From positions 49,972,001 to 50,036,000 of the forward strand of contig NC_043010.1 of the NCBI RefSeq assembly GCF_006345805.1: a stretch of DNA of 64,000 nucleotides. The letters are read 5' to 3'. Made by a program: the position numbers and the translations under genes. This document shows positions 10,758 through 24,000 of this stretch, piece after piece. This DNA comes from Octopus sinensis (lineage: Eukaryota). Each line of letters begins with the position of its first letter. Within the stretch, counting starts at the first letter, position 1. The notes beneath the pieces were generated by a model. The model was not told where the DNA came from, did no database searches, and was given only the letters and a program-made list of their open reading frames with translations.

Positions 10758-11683
10758 ATAAATTAGTGTGAATTAAAGGAAGTTCTAGATCTAAAGTCAG
10801 TGTTGTATCTGTAGAGATCCTTGGTTAGCACTATTGGGCCAAAAATATCACCAGGACGCTACCCAATTTAAGCAACCTGAAAATTAATTTGATCAGCAAT
10901 ACTCTATAACAAAGAGACTCCAAGTTACCATCCCCTGCCACATTTCTACAAAAATGGAAAAAAATTGTTGTTTTAAAAAATAACAAAAACCATTTATTTT
11001 ACCACCACGTTTTAATTTTTTCTTTTATTCTACATAATTTACCATCAATTTTGCCGTATGCAGATTTATTCATCATGTATTTCTCCCTTTACAACCACCA
11101 CTTCTATCAACAGCTGCTTCCGTCATCATTTATAGCCAAACCAAATAGGCTCCATAACAAATTAAATATTACTCAAATATTGGTTTCAAATTTTGGCATG
11201 AGGCCGACAATTTTGATGGAGAAGATAAATTGATTACATCGACCCCACTCCTCCAGTGTGCAACTGGTACTTATTTTATCGATCCTGGAAGGATGAAAGG
11301 CAAAGTTAACCTCAGCATGTAAAGATGGACAAAATGCCGCTAAGCATGCTAATGATTCTGCCAGCTCACCATCTTTTGTTATTTAAATATCAAAATTCTT
11401 CTTTTTATTACAGAAATTATTTCCTAACCACCAAAGGTCTTTATAATCTTCACAAAACCACACTTAAGTCCAAGCATTGAAAGAAAAAAACGCAAAATAC
11501 AAATATTGGTCCCAGAAATGCTTGAGAAGTATGATTGCTGTTTCTTCCTTTACCCTTTTTTTTCTTGATTTTGTATACTGAGTAGTTCTTTGTCCTGCTT
11601 AATTATCTAGATTATTCTTGACTCCAGATAATTAAGCAGAATTAAATTAAGAGACTTTATTGCCTCTCCTAATATCAGTAATT

Positions 11684-11713
11684 TCATCCACGTTCACAAA
11701 TCAGCTCTATCAC
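11684..11713 (-). CDS. VPS51: Vps51 terminal coding exon 20 (VIELICERG*)
   Basis: tatttttacag|GTG ATA GAG CTG ATT TGT GAA CGT GGA TGA; matches the conserved Vps51 C-terminus ICERG. An AATAAA lies at 11661-11656, but its use as poly(A) signal is unverified. Confidence 0.92.
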   Translation of the reverse strand: MIELICERG

Positions 11714-11789
11714 CTGTAAAAATAGAAGAGAGAATCAAGGGTCACACAAGATTTACAGAGAAAAATGCTTAACTTATAACAACAACAAC

Positions 11790-11827
<38 letters not shown>

Positions 11828-13648
11828 TTTTTTTTATTTGCCACCAGGGGACTAGTCAATTACATCAACCCCAGTGTTTTGTTGGTACTTAATTTAGCAA
11901 CCCTGAAAAGATGAAAGGCAAAGTTGACCTCAGTGGAATAATAATAATAATAATAATAATAATGGTTTCATATTTTGGCACAAGGCCAGTAATTTTGGGG
12001 AACGAGCAAATCAATTTACATGGACTCCAGAGTTCAACTGGTACTTATTTTATTTGACCCTGAAAGGATGAAATGGAAAGTTGACCTCAGTGGAATTTGA
12101 ACTCAGAAAACAATGACTGATGAAATACCGCTAAGCATTTTGCCCAACGTGCTTATGATTCTGCCAGCTTGTCATCCTAATGATAATAATAATAATAATG
12201 GTTTCAAATTTTGCCACAAGGGCAGCAATTTTGGGGGAGGCGATGAGTTGATTACATTGACCCCAGTGTTCAACTGGTACTTATTTTATTGACCTCAAAA
12301 GGATGAAATGGAAAGTTAACCTCAGTGGAATTTGAACACAGAACATGAAGATAGACGAAATGCCACAAAGTATTCTGCCAGCTCATCATCCTAAAAATCC
12401 TTTCTACTACAGGCACAAGGCCTGAAATTTGGGGGAGGAGATAGTTGCTTACATCAATCCCAGTATACAACTGGTACTTAATTTATTGACCCAGAAGGGA
12501 TGAAAGGTAAAGCTGACCTTGGCGGAATTCAAACTCAGAATTTAGTGGCAGACGAAATACCACTAAGCATTTCGCCTGTGTGCTAACGATTCTGTCGGCT
12601 CGCCATCTTAATAATAATAACAAGAGCACTCAGAGCGCAAACCTCCACCAATGTAAAAACCAACGTCCTCTCAACGATTAGCCAGAGATGATTTTTAAAA
12701 TGAGAATATCTGAAAAACTCGACTGTTCTCACAAACGAGAATACTAAAAATGAACACGACTGCTCTCAAAAATTAAGTAACAATACAGGAAAAATAATCC
12801 AGAATTCTTGTCTGGTACCAGATCAATCCGAAGATCTAATCAGTTCATGCCAACTACGAGACCAAACATCCCTGAAAGTTTCATCCAAATCCATCCTGCA
12901 GTTCTTGAGATAAGTGGGCTGGTTACACCCATGGTATAGGCCACAGGTTATGGTCTCACTAGGCTTCCCGGGTCTTCTCAAGCACAGCATATTTCCAAAG
13001 GTCTCTGTCACTAGTCATTGCCTTGGCGAGGCCTCATGTTTGAAGGTCGTGCTTCATCACCTCATCCCAGGTCATCCTGGGTCTACTTCTTCCACAGGTT
13101 CCCTCAACCGCTAGGGTGTGGCACTTTTTCACACAGCTCTCCTCATCCATTCTCGCCACATGATCATACCAGCATTGTCATCTCTCCTGTACACCACATC
13201 TGATGCTTCTTAGATCCAACTTTTCTCTCAAGGTACTTACACTCTGTCGAGTATGCACACTGACATTACACATCCAGCGGAGCATACTGGCTTCATTCCT
13301 TGCAAGTTTACGCATGTCCTCAGCAGTCACGACCCATGTTTCACTGCCATGTAGCATGGCTGTTCGTATATATATATATATATATATATATTATATTATA
13401 TCATCATCATTTAGTGTCTGCTTTCCATGCTGGCATGGGTTAGATGGTTTGACTGAAACTGGTAAGCTGCATCAGGTTCCAATCTGATTTGGCATGGTTT
13501 CTATGACTGGATGCCATTCCCTAATGCCAACCACACCAAGTGCATAAACTTCGACTTTATAAAATGCATAATCAATGAATTAAAAATTGTTTGGTATGTG
13601 TCATGGCACCGTTTTTTTATGCCTGAAATTTAGAACCTGGCTACACCC

Positions 13649-13686
<38 letters not shown>

Positions 13687-16600
13687 TAAAGATAGATAGA
13701 GAGGGGAGGAAAAAGAAGAGAAAGGAAGGATGGAATTACTTGATTACAGATGTTTTATGTGGGTGGTTGACTCATTCCATGATTATATTTAAAGCTGTTT
13801 CTGAGAAGTAAATTTGAATTAAATATTAGTTTCCATAACAACTACAGATTTACTCCAGACCAACCCCACCCCACCCTACCCCACCCCGCGAGCCACCTGC
13901 TTTGTTGCAGCTTTAGTATTTATTCTACACTGCTGAAGTTTGTAGGTGCACACTGGAGCCAGACCAATTGTCCACTCAGTTCAATGCATCACACACACAC
14001 ACACACAAATCTGTATATCCACACACGAATTTTGAAAAAAAGAAAAAAAACCACTGTGAATGAGAAAGAAAGGGAGAGAAAATAATAATAATAATAATAG
14101 TTGTTGAAAGTAGTAACAGATGTGTGATTCTATGTCTGACAGAATGACGTCAATGCTCCAACCAACTGCAAGACTGAAATAATAATATCGGATTAAAGCA
14201 GATGGAGTCACAGCTGGCCAAAACAATAGGGTGCCAGCTAGAGATGTTTGTATCCCTTAAGTCCATTTAACTATAAACAGACATGACCATTATCAGCTGC
14301 CAAGTAGTGTTAGATTGGCAGAAAGTTTTACAGCATCGGATAATATGCCTTGCAGTATTTTGTTCCAATTCAAGGCGGTGAGCTGGCAGAAATGTTAGCA
14401 CACCGGGCAAAATGCTTAGCGGTATTTCGTTTGCCATTATGTTCTGAGTTCAAATTCTGCCGAGGTCAACTTTGCTTTTCATCCCTTCGGGGTCGATAAA
14501 TTAAGTACCAGTTACGCACTGGGGTTGATGTAATTGACTTAATGCCTTTGTCTGTCCTTGTTTGTCACCACTATGTTTAGCCCTTTGTGGGCAATAAAGA
14601 AATAAGTATTTTGTTCCAACTCTGAGTTCAAATCAGGCTACAGTCAACTTTGCCTTTCATCTCTCTGGGGTTGGTAGCATTCACCAATTCCCTCTCCACA
14701 AAATCACTGTCCTTTGCCTAAATTAGAAACAGTCAATGGGATTGCATTATTTAGTTACATTATTTTACAATTTAAGTTCAAATCCTACTGAGAACCATTT
14801 TTGTCTTACATTCCACCTGGGTCAAGAAAATAAATACGAGTCAAGGACTGGAAACTGATTTAATCAACCATCATCATCATCAATGTTCGACCGTGGTCGA
14901 GACAATGGAATTGACCATGCTACACCAGACTTCACGGTCCATCATAGCATTACGGAGGTCCTGTTGCTGGATGCCTGTATCCCTGGAGATTACATCAGGG
15001 TAGGAGAGTGTGCGCCCTCTGGTATTGTGAGTAGATGGCTTCCAGAGGAGAAGAGTAGAAATTACTTCTTTTTTCAGCTCTACAACAATGTCCAGCAAAC
15101 TGGACTCTCCTACCTTTCACAAGAGATGACACAGGTGGTAGTTTCCCATATATTTGCATTTTGGTTGGATGACGCTTCCAAGAGAGATTTTGAGCTCTCA
15201 TAAGGAGGTGAGTGTAGGTTCCATCCAACCACCTCTCAAGCTTCTTTGATAATGTCCAGATTTCTGAGCCATATAGTAGAATTGGTTCGACTGAGGCTTT
15301 GAAGATTTCAAGTTTGAAGTCTCTACTTAGATTTGATGACCAGATCTTAATCAACCATGCCCCTCACTTCAAATTCTGTGGACTTGAACAAGTGTTAGAT
15401 ATAATACCTTGCAGCATTTGTTCTAGTGCATTAAGTACTGAGTTCAAATCCCACAGAGGCCAGCTTTGCCTTTTATTCCTCTGAGCTGAATAAAATAAAG
15501 TACCAGTCAAATACTGGAGCTGATTTAGTTAACTGACCTCACTCAGCCCTGAAATTTGTAGTCTTGTGCCTATGTTAGAATATACTAATATTATGATCAT
15601 CTACTCATGGTTTTCTCCGTCACAACATATGAATGAGAAAAGAAGGGGGTGATAGATGAATAAGGAAGGAAGAGGTGATGGCAAACTGGTAGGGGGAGCA
15701 TTTCAACTCTGTGTGAATATATGTGTGTGAAAAAGGGAGATATGTGAATGTGTGTGTGTGTGTGTAATAGAAGTGGGATAGTGAACATTTAATGCTGAAA
15801 GGAAAAATCAAACAGCATTTCAACTCTGAGTATATGTGTGTATGTGTGTGCATGTACAAGGAAAGTATGTGAACCAGCATTCTTTCAGTAACAAACGATG
15901 ATCGATGTCATATCTCAAAAGACAACCATTAGATAACATTGACAGATGTATTAATTTGATTTACCATCCATATTTATATATAAAATACTACAATTAGGCA
16001 TAATTTTTGACGGTACGGGACCAGCTAGTTTATAATAATATTTGATAGATTAGGGTGGTTAGCTGTAAAATCGTTACTATGACAGAAAAATACTTATAGG
16101 GATTTCTTTTGACAATATGTTCTGATTTCAAATGTTGCCAAAGCTGACTTTTCATCCTTTCAGGATAAATAAAATAAGTACCAGTTTCACACTAGGGTCA
16201 ATGTAATCAGCTAGCACACTCTCCTGCAATTGCTGGCCTAGTGCCAAAATTTGAAACCAATAATATTTAATATGAGGTAACCTTAAGAAAGAAAGATGAC
16301 AAAGGAATAAAAGATTATCTTATGAACTTGCATTAGCTTACAGTTGTTTCTGCTATAAAATGCAGTGGACTCACAGTACACACACACACATAGTAATACA
16401 GTTGCTTCATTCCTACTTGGTAAAATAAAATGACACCTGAATTAAATAAAGACCTGGAAGGAATTAACAGGAGTTACTGACAGGAATGTGATATAAGCAA
16501 ATCTAAAATTCCATTCCTTGCCAGTATAACTATAACTGAGCTTATACAAATGAGCTGCAAATTTCTGGACATAATCAAGTGCCTTAACCTACCTCAGTAG

Positions 16601-18004
16601 TTGTTTGGTGCTTACAACATTAACCATGGAAGGAAGAAATGGTATTGTCAATTTTGGTGAGATATGAACACAGAATATTTCCCTCAGCCATTCTTATATC
16701 CACTGCTGGATGAAGTCTCTGAATGCTGTTGCTAGCTTATCTATATAGATTGATCAAGCAAATAGCACTAACCATCAACACCTAGGCAGAGTTTGAACTC
16801 AGAAAACAAGGAACTTTTTGGCTGAATGTTCTAACAACTCTGCCAATCTCCCACCTTGGAATGGGACTTTATTTATCAACGCCAAAAGAATGAGCTATGT
16901 TGACTTTGGTGGGATTTGATCTCAGAATATAAAGAACAACTTGTCCAATGCTCAAACAACTCAGCCAATCCACCATCTGAGACTAGTACTTTATTTATCT
17001 ACGCCAAATGGATAAAATGCTGAGTTGACCTTGGTGGTATTTGAACTCAGGATGTAAACAACTGCAATCATCATCATCATCCTTTAACATTCGTTTTCCA
17101 TGCCGGCATGGGTTGGATGGCTTGATCAGATTTGGTGAGCCAGAGAGCTGCACTAGTTCCAGTCTAGTTTGGCTTGGTTTCTACTGCTGGATGCCCTTCC
17201 TAACACTTAACCACTTTACAGTGTGTGCTGGATACTTTTCATGTGGCACCAGCATGAGCTTGTATGTGGCATCGGCATGAGTGCTTTTTACATGGCACTA
17301 GCGCAATGCATTCTATCTAATGCTGTAACAACTGTCAATTCACCATCTCAAAATATGAAGGATCACACACAAAATTCCATGATGAAAATAACGTTTATCT
17401 TGGAATTATTTTTAGTAGTGTGGCCCACCCGATGACGAGCTATATCCTATGTGGCCCACTTCTCAAAAAAGGTAGCTTATGCCTGGTTTTACCTTGAAAT
17501 CATGGGACCAAATAATGATTATGAAGGTAATAGTGATGATGCAAAGGAAAAGAAGAACATGCAAAGAAAAAAAAATCACTTACACTTGGTTCCATCATGC
17601 TAGGATCCAAACAGCGGTGTGCAGTACTGCAAACAATCTCATCCAATAAAACTTGGACTAAACTATAAAAGAGAAAATAAATGGGAAGATATTCTTTTAA
17701 AAAGATTTACAAAAGAGATCATGTGATTCCAAGTGGGTTGGAATCATAGAGTGTGTAATCAAGAAAATATTTCATCAAATATACTTCTACAACAGTGGTT
17801 CAGTCATGCAGCCCGGCATCCAGAGGGTAAGCTGATTCACAATGTCCTCCTCCCACCTCTACTTCCCAACTGGTGCAAATGCACAGGTGGGCAGCTGAAG
17901 ACCTGGGCAACAACGATAAAAGAGGACCACTCCGAACTCTCAGGTCTTAGGGTTGTCTTGGGGAAATTTCGAACCTGGGTTCTCATTCCTAAGGCATTTT
18001 TTGA

Positions 18005-18036
<32 letters not shown>

Positions 18037-21000
18037 TCACTGCCTGGAATCGAACTTGGAATCTTGGGGTTAGCACACGCTCTTAACCACTATGCCATAT
18101 GCCCTGAACTAGGATAAACTCCAACATATGGGAGTGTCGGGAAAAATATCCACTAATAATGAAACCACCACCACTATTAGTAGCTGTTTCTGATTTAGGC
18201 ACAAGGCCTGCAGTTTTAAGGCGGGAAGATTAGTCTGTACCATGAAAGAGGAGTAGAAGAAAGAGGATGACAATGGTTGTGGTGGAGGTGACAACAATAT
18301 AAACAAAACATATTACAATATCTGTTAGATATTGAAAACACACTTACTTTTCATCTGATACAAATCTCCACAGGTACAGCTGAAGATAGTGGGTATCAAC
18401 TTGAATTTGTTGCAGGCCATAGCGTCCAAATGTTCTCAATCGGACACATTCAAGGAAAGTCTTGTAAAGAAAGAAAAAAAAAAAGGCAAAATATAAAATA
18501 TAAACTGGTTAAACATAAGCAATTGAAATAGGTTAGTGTAGGACAAAAAGTAGAAAACTGGATGAAAAATCTAAATATATCACTCTTGAAAAACATTGAT
18601 TCAGTTATTACTAAAATTAATACCTTGTGCTATTATGGTAATAATGTTTGGAGTTCAGTTTCAGCCACAAGCCAACTTCACCTTTCATCCTTCTGAAGTC
18701 AACAAAACTTACACGAAGATTAAATTTATGTCCAATATTTGACTGGTTCTAATTTTAGATCTTGCAATTGACTGCGCACATAAGGATCTATTATTGTCAG
18801 TTGGCAGATATTAGCAAGCATCAGCAAACAGTTTATTTACTGATGTTATAAACAAGAAACAGTGGAGGCGCAATGGCCCAGTGGTTAGGGCAGAGGACTC
18901 GCGGTCATAGGATCGTGGTTTCGATTCCCAGACCGGGCGTTGTGAGTGTTTATTGAGTGAAAACACCTAAAGCTCCACGAGGCTCCGGCAGGGGATGGTG
19001 GTGATCCCTGCTGTACTCTTTCACCACAACTTTCTCTCACTCTTACTTCCTGTTTCTGTTGTACCTGTATTTCAAAGGGCGCTGGCCTTGTCACTCTCTG
19101 TGTCATGCTGAATATCCCCGAGAACTACGTTAAGGGTACACGTGTCTGTGGAGTGCTCAGCCACTTACACGTTAATTTCACGAGCAGGCTGTTCCGTTAA
19201 TTCGGATCAACCGGAACCCTCGTCGTCGTAACCGACAGAGTGCTTCCAAACAAGAAACAACCACATCGAAACACTGCATGTCCCAGAGTCCCCTAATAAT
19301 ATCGAATCAAGTGTATTGTAAACATGCATATATTTTAAAGGAGAGGTTGCTCTCCTGTGACGAAATAACAAGTGATTAGCGTAATCACATTTGAATCAGA
19401 AAGAATGTATTCAGAATGAATTTGGTAATAAGTCACCTTACATGTTCAAGTGGTACACTTTAAACAGACTTAACTATGGGAAGAAAATCAAAGACAATCA
19501 ATCTCTTTAACATAATTCATTATGTTACGTTATAAATTCGATGTTAAGGAAATCTATAAATGTAAGCATCAAAATAGAAAGTAAAAATGACAAATATAAA
19601 ATGCAGAATTTCCCAAGGTCCCGCATTAATTACTGTTGTATCCTTCAATGAATGAAAATGCAAAGGCTGCTCACTGGAGCTTCAACTTAACATGTTTTTA
19701 CCTTGTCTTGTTTCAAAATGGCTTTCACTATCAAAACTGTTCTTGTCAATGCAACAGTTACTGACCTCTTCACAGATTTTACAGAAACTGAAGTGATGAT
19801 CTTAAAAAGAAAGCATAGCTTCATCTATTAATAAGTTCAGCATTCCAGTAGTGTTTGCCTCATTAGCTACAAGCTGTAACATTCTATCACTGCCTTACCC
19901 TGATACAATATTCTAAGGCGGCAAGTAAGGGGAATTATTAGAATCAAGTTAGTCCACCAGGCAAAATGCTTAGTGGCCTTTTGTCTGCCTTTACATTCTG
20001 TGTGCAGATTCCACAACAAAAGATACCAACAGGAATAAGTACCAGACTTAAAAGAAGAAAAAAAAGGAAAAAAATACTAGGGTTGATTTGTTTCACTAAA
20101 CCCTTCAAAAGCAGTGTTTCAGCAAGGCCATAGACCAATAACTGAAACAAGTCAAAGATAAAAGACAAAAGCAGTAAGCACTTACTTTTAAACTGATTTT
20201 AATGATGCCGGTGAGAACTGAAACTTTGGAGAACTCAACTGGGGAGAAGATTTCAATTTTCTCAGAAAACAGCTTCTGGATATTACTGATCAAGCTGTTG
20301 TCTATGCTGGAAAAAAAAAAGAAAAACAAAAGTCACTTATGGCTTAAAATGTATTTGTATGTGTCTTAGAAGGTGCATGGATTAATGACTAAGGTTTTCA
20401 GCTCACAATCACAAGGTCAAGAGTTCTATTCCTGGAAGCATCCCGTGTCCTTGAGTAAGACACTTTATTTCTCGTTGCTCCAGTCCACTCACAGCTGGCA
20501 AAAATGAATGGTACCTGTGGTTCAAAGGGCCAGCTTTGTTGCACTCTATGTCACACTGAATCCCTTTGAGAATTACATTAAGGGCACATATGTTTGAGGA
20601 GTGCTCAGCCACTTGCATGTTAATTTCATGAACTGGCTGTTCTGTTGATCGGGATCAGCTGGAACACTTGTTGTTTTGTATGTACACACAAACATATCAT
20701 CATCATTTAGCGTCCGCTTTCCATGCTAGCATGGGTTGGACGGGTCAACTGGGGTCTGTGAAGCTGGAAGGCTTCGTCAGGCCCAGTCAGATCTGGCAGT
20801 GTTTCTACGGCTGGATGCCCTTCCTAACGCCAACCAGTCCGCGAGTGTAGTGGGTGTTTTTTACGTGCCACCTGCACAAAACAAATTGTATCAGCATGTA
20901 TTTATGAGTGAATAGTTTTGTACATGTGGTTGTGTACATTTGTGTGTGATTGTGTATCAATTTATTATTTAGAGAGAGAAGGGTATGGAATGAGATGACT

Positions 21001-24000
21001 GGGTGTGGCTGTTTGGATACTGATGATTTGGTAGAGATGACAGCACATCTAACGTTCTGGTGAGGATACATTTTGGCACAAGAAGCAAACATACACAGGC
21101 AAGCTGGCAGAAGCATTAGCATGCTGGGTGAAATGCTTAGCGGTATTTTGTCTGCCGCTACGTTCTGAGTTCAATTTCCGCTGAGGTCAACTTTGCCTTT
21201 CATCCTTTCGGGGTCGATTAAATAAGTACCAGTTACGCACTGAGATTGATATAATCGACTTAATCCATTTGTCTGTCCTTGTTTGGTCCCTCAGTGTGTA
21301 GCCCCTTGTGGGCAGTAAAGAAAGAAGAAGCAAACACACACACACACATGCACCACAAGTAGAAATGTATACATGGAGAGGGAGAGAGACAGACAGAGTG
21401 AGATGTTAACATGTCTGATGTCAAATAAGTCAGCATCAAATCAGTCAGGCTAAACAGGCAGCATCAAAACAGTTGTGCTGAAATGTCTCATAACCAGAAG
21501 AGCAACACCTTTGAATCTTTATGTTTTTAGGGTCTCCAAGACTAGTAGAGAGAAAAGAAGAAAATATCTACAAACTGGAGACCTAGCCTGAATGCTCACA
21601 GTGGAGCAAACTTTACTAATGTTATCCAGGAAACAGATGGTGGTGAATTAAACCAGGCAACTGATTGAATCTACTACTATAGAACTTGGGACAGAAAGGG
21701 CTGAAAGAAACACAAGGCATTACTATTCAACACTAATGATTCTACCAAGAGACATAAGCTCAAAAGTATAACTGACAAGGAAATTAGAGAGTCTATCCAG
21801 GCTAAGCTGCTGGTACTTTGCATTGAGAGGTCACAGTGCCAGTAATACATGTATGGTTAGATTGCTGCAAGAAGGAATTGCAAGACAGATTCTTCAAGCT
21901 GAACCAACTGAAAGGAGACACCTAAGGGTGGATCAAGAATGAGCTGGTTGGATAATATATCCTATTTCTTTACTACCCACAAAGGGCTAAACACAGAGAG
22001 GACAAACAAGGACAGACAAACGGATTAAGTCGATTATATCGACCCCAGTGTGTAACTGGTACTTAATTTATCGACCCCGAAAGGATGAAAGGCAAAGTTG
22101 ATCTCGGCGGAATTTGAACTCAGAATGTAGCGACAGACGAAATACGGCTACACATTTTGCCCAGCTCATATCCATACTCTCTGTTGGTCATGCCTGGGAA
22201 TCCAGCAAGAAAGTTTAATGACAGTTGCTTCCGATAGGACCTTACAGAGGAGTGCCTGAAGACTGTATTCACCACAAATTGTGGGTAGTTAAAAATGGAT
22301 GGATGGAGGAAAAATTAAAGAAGGAATGAGGGTATGCAGAGGAGAATGAGTCCGATTTATAGCTTGACAACTCTTGATATTTTCTTGTCTTAGACTAGAT
22401 TTAGAAGGTTCTCAGTGAAACATAATCTTACTCCTTCTTATCAGATGTATGTATGCATGTTTGTTTGTTATTAGAAACACTTATGAGCAATAACATAATT
22501 GTATGTTTGAGCCAAAATAGCAGTCTAGTGGATCAATCAATGCTTTCCTCTGTAAGAGAGTGAGTGGGAGTGTGTGTGTGTGTGTATGGTGGCTATCTGT
22601 AAATGCTTAGCTTCGAATTTAGGATTGGGATGCATTTACCTGGGTGTAAAGTTCCACTGCGGTCGTCTCTGCTGTTGAGAAAGACTATAGCTGTGTGTCC
22701 GACGGCTGGAGTCACTACTACGCTCCTTACGAATCCCTTCTTCATACAGCTGTCCCACTTGTACATCAATGGCAGTTATGTCTTCCACCACACGTTTCAT
22801 CACAGCTCGGACATTTCGGGGTTCAATCGTATGAAGCCAGTCTCGTGTCTCCACACTCTTGCGCAGCATCTTCAATGGTAAAGAGAGAGCAAGTCAAAAT
22901 TTAGTTCTGCATAACCACAATATATTTTATAAATTGAAGTTTAAAAAACAAAAAGAAAACCAAGATGCTGATGAACAAGATGTCATCATCATCATCATCA
23001 TAGTTTTAATGTCCACATTTTCATACTAGCACAAGTTAGATGGAGATTACTGAGGCAGATAATCTATGGCCAGATGCCCTTGCTGTCATTAACTCATATC
23101 CATTTCCAAGCAAGGTAATATTTCCAAATAGCCAGACATATTTCTCATGGAAGAATGGAAACAAACAACTCTTATTTACAACTTCTTGGCCCTGTCTCAC
23201 TGTATCATTGCTATCCATTACCCCCGACCTGTATGTTCCACCCACACATAAGAAAATTTTTCACACACCCTATCCCCCAAAAAACAATCTACATCTTTTC
23301 TCTTCTTCACATTTCCTCTTTTATGCACTATACCTACCTCTCACTCCCCAATCTTGTTCTCACAGCTCTAATTCTCTGTATCATTGTTATCCAGTACCCA
23401 CCCCCTTATATACCCAGGTTTCCACCATTCACTTCCCCTCCCTACTCTCTAATCATGCTTCTTTGGCAACATTTTGCCACTTATATCATGACCTTTGAAC
23501 CTCAAAGGTATGTCCTGGCACTTGCCACCATCTATATATCTCTCTACCTTTACTTGACTAACCCATTTATATTCTGATCTCCATCCCTTGTGAGTATGCC
23601 AGGCACTTTGCCAGCATCTCTATCCTGCTATCACACACTCTCACTATTCTCCTCCTGTACTTCCTTCAAGTTGGGTAACCATGTATCTCCTTTATGGCAG
23701 TACACCTGTTTCTGTCCTCATTCCTGATCTCTCTCTCTGTCCGGCCAGGTAACCTTGTACCTCCTCTACAGCAAGACACCTTTCATCGTCTGACACAAGA
23801 CCATCTCCTCCAATGACCTCTTCCCTCTCAAAGGATCTTTGTCTTACAAGTTACTTGGTGACCTTGTAGGTGCAGGTGACACTTAAATAGCACCCAGTCC
23901 AGACTGTAAAGTGGCTGGCATTTGGAAGGGCATCCAGCAGTAAAAGCTTTGCAAAAACTGACCTTGCTTGTGCTTTTGCCATGTAAAAAGCACTAAGTCC

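Noticed and set aside
18040-18105. tRNA-like sequence with A and B boxes
   Set aside because: No complete cloverleaf or acceptor stem, and it continues into an (AAT)n SINE body; the same applies to the other SINE heads, so no true tRNA gene is called.
23036-23577. Overlapping 140-152-aa ORFs
   Set aside because: Compositionally biased translations of degenerate retroelement remnants in Vps51 intron 15; no recognisable domain.
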